This document shows positions 47,066-58,139 of a stretch of 64,000 bases of DNA, piece after piece. The translations under genes were made by a program, and so were the position numbers. Below the pieces are notes generated by a model. That model worked only from the letters and a program-made list of their open reading frames with translations, was not told the DNA's origin and did not search any database. The DNA is from Leucoraja ocellata (lineage: Eukaryota). Numbering within the stretch: the stretch's first letter is position 1; each line of letters opens with the position of its first letter. The stretch spans positions 62,001-126,000 of the forward strand of contig JAWMAR010001544.1 of the NCBI GenBank assembly GCA_036785375.1, given 5' to 3'.

Positions 47066-50010
47066 AGTAACCATATAACCATATAACAATTACAGCACGG
47101 AAACAGGCCATCTCGGCCCTACAAGTCCATGCCGAACAAATTTTTTTTCCCCTTAGTCCCACCTGCCTGCACTCGTACCATAACCCTCCATTCCCTTCTC
47201 ATCCATATGCCTATCCAATTTATTTTTAAATGATACCAATGAACCTGCCTCCACCACTTCCACTGGGAGCTCATTCCACACCACCACCACTCTCTGCGTA
47301 AAGAAGTTCCCCCTCATATTACCCCTAAACTTCTGTCCCTTAATTCTGAAGTCATGTCCTCTTGTTTGAATCTTCCCTATTCTCAAAGGGAAAAGCTTGT
47401 CCACATCAACTCTGTCTATCCCTCTCATCATTTTGAGGATGCTCACCGTCGGGGTTCGGCGTCGGCGTTCCACCAGCCTGGCGTGAGGGCCTGAACATCG
47501 GGCCACCCGGGGCGGCGACTGCGGGTGCTCGGAAGGCCCCGACCACGGATGAACACGGAGGGGAGGCTGGCTGGACTATGGTGCCTTCCTCACCTGGGTG
47601 CCATTTCTGAAGAAGGGTTTCGGCCCGAAACGTTGCCTATTTCCTTCGCTCCATAGATGCTGCTGCACCCGCTGAGTTTCTCCAGCTTTTCTGTGTAACC
47701 TGCCATTTATGTTATGTTGTGTTGTGGACTTTATGTGTTTGTGCTTTTTAAAATTTTTTAATTCAATTTCAATTTTATTTTTAATATGTTTTATTATTTA
47801 TTTATTATTTATTTTTATTATTTTTCTTGTGATTTGTTTTTAACGATACTGCCTGTAAGGGAAATTCATTTCGTTGTCTCAAATTGAGACAATGACAATA
47901 AATTTGAATACAATAAAATACAATACAATTAAAGACCTCTATCAGGTCCCCCCTCAACCTTCTGCGCTCCAGAGAATAAAGACCTAACTTATTCAACCTA
48001 TCTCTGTAACTTAGTTGTTGAAACCCAGGCAACATTCTAGTAAATCTCCTCTGTACTCTCTCTATTTTGTTGACATCCTTCCTATAATTGGCGACCAAAA
48101 TTGTACACCATACTCCAGATTTGGTCTCACATAGTGACATAGAGACACATAGAGACATAGAGACACATAGAGACATAGACACATAGACACATAGAGACAT
48201 ACAAACATAGAAACATAGAAATTAGGTGCAGGAGTAGGCCATTCGGCCCTTCGAGCCTGCACCGCCATTCAATATGATCATGGCTGATCATCCAACTCAG
48301 TATCCCGTACCTGCCTTCTCTCCATACCCCTGATCCCCTTAGCCACAAGGGCTACATCTAACTCCCTCTTAAATATAGCCAATGAACTGGCCTCAACTAC
48401 CCTCTGTGGCAGAGAGTTCCAGAGATTCACCACTCTCTGTGTGAAAAAAGTTCTTCTCATCTCGGTTTTAAAGGATTTCCCCCTTATCCTTAAGCTGTGA
48501 CCCCTTGTCCTGGACTTCCCTAACATCGGGAACAATCTTCCTGCATCTAGCCTGTCCACACATAGACACATAGACACATAGACACATAGAGACATAGAAA
48601 ATAGGTGCAGGAGGAGGCCATTCGGCCCTTCGAGCCAGCACCGCCATTCATTGTGATCATGGCTGATCGTCCCCAATCAATAACCGTGCCTGCCTTTTCC
48701 CCATATCCCTTGACTCCACTACCCCAGAGCTCTATCTAACTCTCTCTTAAATCCATCCAGTGACTTGGCCTCCACTGCCCTCTGTGGCAGGGAATTCCAC
48801 AAATTCACAACTCTCTGGGTGAAAACGTTTTTTCTCACCTCAGTCTTAAATGGCCTCCCCTTTGTTCTAAGACTGTGGCCCCTGGTTCTGGACTCGCCCA
48901 ACATTGGGAACATTTTTCCTGCATCTAGCTTGTCCATTCCTTTTATAATTTTATATGTTTCTATAAGAATCCCCCTCGTCCTTCTAAACTCCAGTGAATA
49001 CAAGCCTAGTCTTTTCAATCTTTCCTCATATGACAGTCCCGCCATCCCAGGGATCAATCTCGTGAACCTACGCTGCACTGCCTCAATCACAAGGATGTCC
49101 TTCCTCAAATTAGGAGACCAAAACTGTACACAATACTCCAGATGTGGTCTCACCAGAGCCCTATACAACTGCAGAAGAACCTCTTTACTACTATACTGAA
49201 ATCCTCTTGTTATGAAGGGCAACATTCCATTAGCTTTCTTCACTGCCTGCTGTACCTGTAAGCCAACTTTCAGTGACCGGTGTACAAGGACACCCAGGTC
49301 TCGCTGTACCTCCCCCTTATCTAACCTAACCCCATTGAGATAATAATCTGCCCCCTTGTTTTTGCCGCCAAAGTGGATAACCTCACATTTATCTATATTA
49401 TACTGCATCTGCCACGCATCTGCCCACTTACTCAACCTGTCCAGGTCACCCTGCAACCTCCTAACATCCACTTCACAGTTCACACTGCCACACAGCTTTG
49501 TGTCATCCGCAAACTTGCTAGTGTTGCTCCTAATTCCCTCTTCCAAATCATGAATATATATATGGTAAACAGTTGCGGCCCCAACACCGAGCCTTGCGGC
49601 ACTCCACTCACCACTGCCTGCCATTCTGAAAAGGACCCGTTCACTTCTACTATTTGCTTCTGGTCTGCCAACCAATTTTCTATCCATGTCAACACCCTAC
49701 CCCCAATACCATGTGTTCTAATTTTGGTCACCAGTCTCCCGTGTGGGACCTTATCAAAGGCTTTTTGAAAGTCTAGATACACTACATCCACTGGCACCCC
49801 TTCATCCATTTTACTTGTCACATCCTCAAAAAATTCCAGAAGATTAGTCAAGCATGATTTCCCTTTCATAAAACCATGTTGACTTGGACTAATCCTTTTA
49901 CTGCTATCCAAATGCCCCATTATCACCTCTTTAATAATTGACTCCAGCATCTTTCCCATCATCGAAGTCAGGCTAACTGGCCTGTAATTCCCCGTTTTCT
50001 CTCGCGCTCC
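47066..50010 (-). mobile_element. Stack of three co-oriented 5'-truncated CR1s separated by octamer tracts
   Basis: CR1 pieces at 47066-48128 (interrupted 47435-47928), 48220-48557 and 48599-50010, each with a different 3' UTR subtype. Confidence 0.85.
47607..47700 (+). mobile_element. 94-bp Penelope 3' fragment beginning at the hammerhead core, 8-bp TSD
   Basis: TSD TGCCATTT at 47599-47606 and 47701-47708; the insert starts CTGAAGAAGGGTTTCGGCCCGAAACGTT. Confidence 0.8.
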
Positions 50011-50296
50011 TTACGATAGCAAGAATGTCCTTCCTCAAATTAGGGGACCAAAACTGTACACAATACTCCAGGTGTGGTCTGACTAGGGCCTGTACAACTG
50101 CAGAAGGACCTCTTTGCTTTGTTCCTATACTCAAATCTTCTTGGTAGAAAGGCCATGCAAACCTCTTCTCTTGAGCTTGGCAGTCTGAATCTAGTGCCAT
50201 AACTATTCATAACTGTGTTCATACTGAATCAGATTTTGACGGCGTGAGACGCGTATTGGCTTTTGATGGTATGATACTGGAATTTGCTAGGATAAA

Positions 50297-51030
50297 CTGA
50301 ATTCAGGAAGGTCAGAGGGGGCAGACATACCCCCATCCATATAAACGGGACTGAGGTGGAGCGCGTCTCCAACTACAAATTCCTCGGGGTACACATCTCG
50401 GAGGATCTGTCCTGGTCCCTCAACACCTCCAAGCTGATCAAAAAGGCACAGCAGCGCCTTTACTTCCTGAGGAGGCTCAAGAAAGCTCACCTGTCCCCCC
50501 AGATCCTGACCAACTTTTACCGCTGTACCATCAAAAGCATCCTGACCACTTGCTTCATGGTATGGTACAGCAGTTGCACCGTTGCGGACAGGAAGGCACT
50601 ACAACGGGTGGTGAAAACCACGCAGCACATCATCGGTGACCCGCTCCCTGCCATGGATGCCCTCCATCGAAAACGGTGTCTGAGACGGGCCGGGAAGATC
50701 ATCAAAGACCCCTCCCACCCCAACCATGGACTGTTTGCCCCTCCTCCCATCAGGGAGGCAGTACAGGAGCCTCAGGTCTCGTACCAGTACGATGAGGAAC
50801 AGCTTCTACAATAATACCATCACATTACTGAACTCGGAGTCCCGCCGATAGATTTCTCCAGTCTCTCCGTCCACACCGGTCGATTTCGATTATTGTTTGA
50901 TTATTCTGTATTTTTATTTTTATTTCTATATTGCACTATACTATGGACTGACGCTAAACTGCATTTCGTTGTACCCATACTCGTATTTGTGCAATGACAT
51001 TAAAGTTGAATTGAATTGAATTGAATTGAA
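50297..51030 (+). mobile_element. Rex1 3' fragment (paralog of 7467-8202)
   Basis: Near-identical sequence; ORF 50356-50814. Confidence 0.85.
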
Positions 51031-52344
51031 ATGATACTTAAAGGCTTGACGATAGATATGCAATGGCAAACATTTAAAGATCCTATGGATGAATTGCACC
51101 AATTGTTCACCCGTCAGGTGTAAAAATAAAACAGGGAAGGGGGCTCAGCCGTGGCAAATAATGGAAATTAGGGAATATTAAATCCAGGCATATAAATTGG
51201 CCAGATAAAGCAAAAAACTGGGAGAAATTTAAATTTAATATTTAACAGAGGAGGACAAATGGATGAATTCAGTGGGGGTTAATAGAGCATGAAAGGAAAC
51301 ATGTGGGGGAAATATTAGTGAAGACAAATATAGGCCCCTTACAGTCAGAAACAGGTTAATTTATACTGGGAAACAAGAAATTGGCAGACCAGTTACACAA
51401 ATACTTTGGTTCTGTCTTCACTAAGGAAGACACAAACAATCTTCCAGAAATACAAGGGGACCGAGGATCTAGTGGGAGGGAGGAAGTGAAGGGAATCCAC
51501 ATGATTCAGGAAATGTTGTTAGGTAAACTGTTTGGGACAGAAGACATGTAAATCCCCAGGGCCTGATGGTCTGCATCCGAAACAACACAAGGAGGTGGCC
51601 CTCGAAATCGTGCATGTATTGGTAATCATTTTCCAATGTTCTATAGACATTTGGTTAGTTCCAGTGAACTGGAGGGTACCTAATGTAACCCCACCTTTTA
51701 AGAAAGAGGGGAAAGAGAAAACAGGAATTATAGACCAGTTAGCCTGACATTGGTAGTGGGTTGTACAGGGCTCTGGTGAGAACACACCTGAGCATCTGGT
51801 GCAATTTTGGTCTCCTAATTTGCGGAAGGACATTCGCGTCAATGAATGAGCACAGCACAGGTTCACAGGGTTAATTCCCGGATGTCTGGACAGACATATG
51901 ATGAAAGAATGGATCGACTGGGCTTAAATGAAGGGATTAAGATGGATGAGAGGAGATCTTATAGAAAGATATATAATTCTTAAGGGTTTGGACAGGCTGA
52001 ATGCAGGAAAAATGTTCCTGATATTGGGGGTTCAGACCTATGGGTCACGGTTTAAGAATAAGGATTAGGCCATTTAGTACTGAGATGAGGAAAACCTTTT
52101 TTTTAGCAAGAGAGTTGTGAATTTGTGGAATTCTCTGCCTCAGAAGGCAGTGGAGGCCAATTCACTGGATGTTTTCAAGAGAGAGCTAGATATAGTGCTT
52201 GGGGCTAATGGAATCAAGGGATATGGGGAGAAAGCAAGAACGGGGTAATGATTTTGGACGATCACATTGAATGACGGTTTGTGCTCGATAGGCCAAACGA
52301 CCTCCGCCTGCACCTATTTTCTATGTTTTTATATTTAACTAATG

Positions 52345-52768
52345 TGTTCTAAGTAACCTGCGAACCCTGGTATACCTGCTTTCTGCACTGTGGGATCAAT
52401 TAACCTGTTCCTTTCTATATAACTTGCTAGCCTCTGTGCCACTATGCTAAAGAAAATCTTGCCATCTACATTTAGGAGACAAACAGCCTAAACTGATTTA
52501 ACTCTGGAGACTCTTTCTTCTAGGGAATGAACATTCCCCTGCTCTATGCCAAACCCTTGGTATGACCTGCTTCTACCAAACTATTGGACAGAGCCTCTGC
52601 GAGAATCTAAGCACATCATGTGCACTTTTATGTACCCGGTAAGGGACTCCATTTGGTCCCGGTGCAGAAGAAGCATTTCCACGCCATATTACTGCTTCCA
52701 CTTCCTTCCACTTTTGTGGCAAAACATCTAACTATAACATCTGTCTCCTAAGGTGGTAACTCTGGAGG
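52345..52768 (-). mobile_element. HERO-like RT fragment (paralog of 9515-9938)
   Basis: Near-identical to the first copy. Confidence 0.7.
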
Positions 52769-52804
52769 GAGACACGGGCCCGATACTGGGGCCCATGACG
52801 ACTG

Positions 52805-55411
52805 AGGATTGGCGGGTAGCAAACGTAACCCCACTTTTTAAGAAGGGAGGGAGAGAGAAAACGGGGAATTACAGACCAGTTAGTCTAACATCGGTAGTGG
52901 GGAAACTGCTAGTCAGTTATTAAAGATAGGATAGCAGCACATTTGGAAAGTGGTGAAATCATTGGACAAAGTCAGCATGGATTTACGAAAGGTAAATCAT
53001 GTCTGACGAATATTATAGAATTTTTCGAGGATGTAACTAGTAGCATGGATAGGGGAGAACCAGTGGATGTGGTGTATCTGGACTTCCAGAACGCTTTCGA
53101 CAAGGTCCCACATAAGAGATTAGTATACAAACTTAAAGTACACGGCATTGGGGGTTCAGTATTGATGTGGATAGAGAACTGGCTGGCAAACAGGAAGCAA
53201 AGAGTAGGAGTAAACGGGCCCTTTTCACAATGGCAGGCAGTGACTAGTGGGGTACCGCAAGGCTCAGTGCTGGGACCCCAGCTATTTACAATATATATTA
53301 ATGATCTGGATGAGAGAATTGAAGGCAATATCTCCAAGTTTGCGGATGACGCTAAGCTGGGGGGCAGTGTTAGCTGTGAGGAGGATGCTAGGAGACTGCA
53401 AGGTGACTTGGATAGGCTGGGTGAGTGGGCAAATGTTTGGCAGATGCAGTATAATGTGGATAAATGTGAGGTTATCCATTTTGGTGGCAAAAACAGGAAA
53501 GCAGACTATTATCTAAATGGTGGCCGACTAGGAAAAGGGGAGATGCAGCGAGACCTGGGTGTCATGGTACACCAGTCATTGAAAATAGGCATGCAGGTGC
53601 AGCAGGCAGTGAAGAAAGCGAATGGTATGTTAGCTTTCCTAGCAAAAGGATTTGAGTATAGGAGCAGGGAGGTTCTACTGCAGTTGTACAGGATCTTGGT
53701 GAGACCACACCTGGAGTATTGCGTACAGTTTTGGTCTCCAAATCTGAGGAAGGACATTATTGCCATAGAGGGAGTGCAGAGAAGGTTCACCAGACTGATT
53801 CCTGGGATGTCAGGACTGTCTTATGAAGAAAGACTGGATAGACTTGGTTTATACTCTCTAGAATTTAGGAGATTGAGAGGGGATCTTATAGAAACTTACA
53901 AAATTCTTAAGGGGTTGGACAGGCTAGATGCAGGAAGATTGCTCCCGATGTTGGGGAAATCCAGGACAAGGGCCACAGCTTAAGGATAAGGGGGAAATCC
54001 TTTAAAACCGAGATGAGAAGAACTTTTTTCACACAGAGTGTGGTGAGTCTCTGGAACTCTCTGCCGCGGAGGGTAGTCGAGGCCAGTTCATTGGCTATAT
54101 TTAAGAGGGAGTTAGATGTGGCCCTTGTGGCTAAGGGGATCAGAGGGTATGGAGAGAAATCAGGTACAGGATACTGAGTTTAAGAGGGAACTGCAGATGC
54201 TGGGAATCGAAGGTTACACAAAAAAGCTGGAGAAACTCAGCGGGTGCAGCAGCATCTATGGAGCGAAGGAAATAGGCAACGTTTCGGGCTGAAACCCTTC
54301 TTCAGACTGATCGGGGGCGGGGACAAGAAAGGGAAAAGGAGGAGTAGCCAGAAGGCTGGGGGATGGGAGGAGACAGCAGGGGGGCTGAGGAAGGGGAGGA
54401 GACAGCAAGGACTAACAAAATTGGGAGAATTCGATGTTCATGCCCCCGGGGTGCAGACTCCCCAAACGGAATATGAGGTGCTGTTCCTCCAATTTCCGGT
54501 GCTGCTCGCTGTGGCCATGGAGGAGACCCAGGACAGAGAGGTCGGAGGCGGAGTGGGAGGGGGAGATCTCCAACGTGACCCCACTACTCGCCACATCTTC
54601 CCATCTCCCCCCATATCTGCCTTCCGCAAAGACCGCTCCCTCCATAACTCCTTGTCAATTCTTCCCTTCCCTCTCGGTCCACCCCCTCCCCGGGCACTTT
54701 CCCTTGCAACCGCAAGAGATGCAACACTTGTCCCTTTACCTCCCCCCTCGACTCCGTTCAAGGACCCAAGCAATCGTTCCAGGTACGACAGAGGTTTACC
54801 TGCATCTCTTCCAGCCTCATCTATTGCGTCCGCTGCTCTAGATGTCAGCAGATCTATATCGGTGAGACCAAGCGGAGGTTGGGCGATCGTTTCGCCGAAC
54901 ACCTCCGCTCGGTCCGCAATAACCAAGCTGACCTCCCGGTGGCTCAGCACTTCAACTCCCCCTCCCACTCCGCCTCCGACCTCTCTGTCCTGGGTCTCCT
55001 CCATGGCCACAGCGAGCAGCATCGGAAATTGGAGGAACAGCACCTCATATTCCGTTTGGGGAGTCTGCACCCCGGGGGCATGAACATCGAATTCTCCCAA
55101 TTTTGTTAGTCCTTGCTGTCTCCTCCCCTTCCTCAGCCCCCCTGCTGTCTCCTCCCATCCCCCAGCCTTCTGGCTACTCCTCCTTTTCCCTTTCTTGTCC
55201 CCGCCCCCGATCAGTCTGAAGAAGGGTTTCGGCCCGAAACGTTGCCTATTTTCTTCGCTCCATAGATGCTGCTGCACCCGCTGAGTTTCTCCAGCTTTTT
55301 TGTGTAACCACAGGATACTGAGTTGGATGATCAGCTATGATCATATTGAATGGCGGTGCAGGCTCGAAGGGCCGAATGGCCTACTCCTGCACCTAATTTC
55401 TATGTTTCTAT
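52805..55411 (+). mobile_element. 5'-truncated CR1 with Penelope insertion (paralog of 9975-12588)
   Basis: ORF 52943-53983 is a CR1 RT. Confidence 0.9.
54181..55309 (+). mobile_element. Penelope-like element with inverted arms (paralog of 11355-12485)
   Basis: Same TSD at 54166-54180 and 55310-55324; hammerhead motifs at 55216-55243 (+) and 54278-54305 (-). Confidence 0.9.
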
Positions 55412-57004
55412 GACAGGCCCACTCAGTATTCAAACAACGTAAGGTCCGAAAACACAAGGCCCATTCAGTGTTGGTGTTGCATGATGCCACAGAAAGTAGG
55501 CCCAATCTCTATTCAATGTACTCTGGACCCAATCACTTTAGATTAGATTAGATTAGATTAGACTTTATTAATCCCCTTATTCAGGGGCAATTCAGATGTC
55601 CTTGCAGCACTAATAAAAATACAACATAGCATTCAAGAAGAAATTCAACACCAAAACACAAAAACATGTTTAGCACAAAGTCCAGTCCCCATCCTCTTGT
55701 CCACCCAAAGTCGGGCCTATTGAGGCATCCACAGTCGCCGCCACGGTTAGTCGCGGTTACCCTGATAGTGCGCTGAATGGGCCAAATGCAATCAGCCGAG
55801 TAGTCCAGGATACCCAACTAGTGGAATGAGTGGCTTTGTGGCTCCATGTGGCCTATTCTTATTTTGGGGGCCGATACTAACTCACTCACCCGCCATCAAA
55901 GGCCCAATCAATGTCTAAGTGAAAGCGCACCCAAGATGGGTACCAGGCAAATCGATCTGAACTAATTTACAATCCTTTGGAGTCATGCGATCCCAGCTAA
56001 TTCCAGAAATGGTGGAACACGAGGAAAAACGAGAGCACATTTAGAGCAAGGTGCTGGTTCCTTCGATAAACAAATATAGCAAACTAAGTTAGGCTTTTGT
56101 AGTTCTGCTTTTATTTGTGATTTAACAGAAACATATTACAGAGATGTTTTTAAAAGCATAACACGAAGTGGTCAAAACAACTGAATTCCACACTGAGACC
56201 AGGTACATTGAACATGTAGCTTGAGAGTCAAAGGTTAGCTCTGAATTAAGGACAATTGAGCAAAAAAGGAGTAAATAGATATTTGCTCATATGCAGAATG
56301 TGTGCATGTGTTGTTGGGTATGTATTTACACATGCATTGACATTACATTTATTTACAGGCCTTCGGTTAGGCCGCACTTGCAGTATAGTGTGGAGGTCCA
56401 GGTCGTCCCTTCGAGGGAATAATGTGGAGGCTTTGGAGAAGAACTTAAATCGGGCGCGGGGCTTTATTTCACAGAGGCCCAGGACCGTTGGAGAGTGTGG
56501 AGGAGGGTCAGGGCGGGGAGCACTTAAATCGGGCGCGGGGCTTTATTTCACAGAGGCCCGGGACCGTTGGAGAGCAGTGGAGGAGGGTCAGGGCTTTTAC
56601 CGAAATCCGTAACGTTCCATACTCCATAGGGAGGGTTCTGGTGGAAGCCGCTGATTGGTGGAAGCAGACTAGAGGAAGCAGCTGATTGCATGCAACCTCA
56701 GGTTAGCATTTGTGCTTTCTGGTTAAAGGTGCAGTGCTTTAGTAAAGGTACAGTGGGCTAAGGGTACAGTGGGCTAAGGGTACAGTGCTTTAGTAAAGGT
56801 ACAGTGGGCTAAAGGTACAGTGGGCTAAAGGTACAGTGGGTTAAAGGGTACAGTGGGCTAAGGGTACAGTGCTTTTTGTTTATATAATTAAGGTGCAGTT
56901 TAAAGGTCACGAGGGAGCAGCTGTTGTGCGTCAGATACCTGCTGATTTCTCCCAGCAGTTTCTATTGTATTATACTAGTATCAGATCCAGGGTAAGGCGG
57001 GGGA

Positions 57005-57856
57005 ATGACAGTCAGTGCAGTGTACTGTTCTGGATGTCAGATGTGGGAGGTCATGGTGTCGGATGGCCCTCCAGACGTCCACATCTGCACCAGGTGCAGC
57101 GAAATGGGGCTCCTAAGGGACCGTATTAGGATCCTGGAGCAGCAGCTCGATGACCTCTGTCTGATCAGGGAGAGTGAGGAGGTCATAGAGGGGAGTTATA
57201 GGGAGGTGGTCACTCCAAAACCACGGGAGAGAGACATGTGGGTCACGCTAAGGAAGGGCAAGGGGCAGAGGCAGGGACGAGTGAGTACTCCAATGTCGGT
57301 CCACCTCGCAAATAAATACTCCTGTTTGAGTACGGATGGGGGTGACAGCCTACCCGGGGGTAGTGACAGCGGACGGGCCTCCAGCACAGAGACCGGCCCT
57401 GTTGCTCCGAAAGGTAGGGGAAAAAAGAAGAGGGCAATAGTAATTGGGGACTCTATTGTTAGGGGGTCGGATAGGCGATTCTGTGGACGCAGTCGGGAGA
57501 CCAGGATGGTGGTCTGCCTCCCTGGTGCCAAGGTCTCGGACGTGTCTCAACGCATCCAAGATATCCTGAAATCAGAGGGAGAGGAGCCTGTGGTAGTGGT
57601 ACATATAGGTACCAATGACATAAGTAAAAAAAGGGAAGAGGTCCTGAAGGGAGGATTTAGTGAGTTGGGAGGAGAGTTAAGGAAAAGGATCAAAAAGGTA
57701 ACAATCTCAGGATTACTGCCTGTGCCACGCGACAGTGAGAGTAGGAATGGAGCGAGGTGGAGAATAAATGCGTGGATGACAGATTGGTGCAGTGGGCAGG
57801 GATTCAAGTTCCTGGATCATTGGGACTTCTTTTGGGGAAGGATGGGTTGCACTTGA
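57005..57856 (+). CDS. CR1 ORF1 (zinc finger plus SGNH esterase), 283 aa, C-terminus truncated
   Basis: CxxC..CxxC, GDS and GTND are present; the expected DGLHL block is out of frame. Confidence 0.8.
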   Translation: MTVSAVYCSGCQMWEVMVSDGPPDVHICTRCSEMGLLRDRIRILEQQLDDLCLIRESEEVIEGSYREVVTPKPRERDMWVTLRKGKGQRQGRVSTPMSVHLANKYSCLSTDGGDSLPGGSDSGRASSTETGPVAPKGRGKKKRAIVIGDSIVRGSDRRFCGRSRETRMVVCLPGAKVSDVSQRIQDILKSEGEEPVVVVHIGTNDISKKREEVLKGGFSELGGELRKRIKKVTISGLLPVPRDSESRNGARWRINAWMTDWCSGQGFKFLDHWDFFWGRMGCT

Positions 57857-58139
57857 ACCCGAGGGGGGACCAATATCCTGGCGGGGAAATTTGCAAAGGC
57901 TACTGGGGAGACTTTAAACTAGAATGGTTGGGGTGAGGAACTCAAATAGAGAAAGCTAGTAGACAGAATGGGAGGCAGGAAGCAGAAAAGGGAAGCACTC
58001 GGACACAAGAGAAGAAAGAAAAAAAAGGAAATAAACAGAGAGTAAGAGGCGGGGGGTTTCTTAAATGTGTATATTTTAATGCGAGGAGCATTGTAAGAAA
58101 GGTGGATGAGCTTAGATTGACACCTGGAAGTATGATGTT

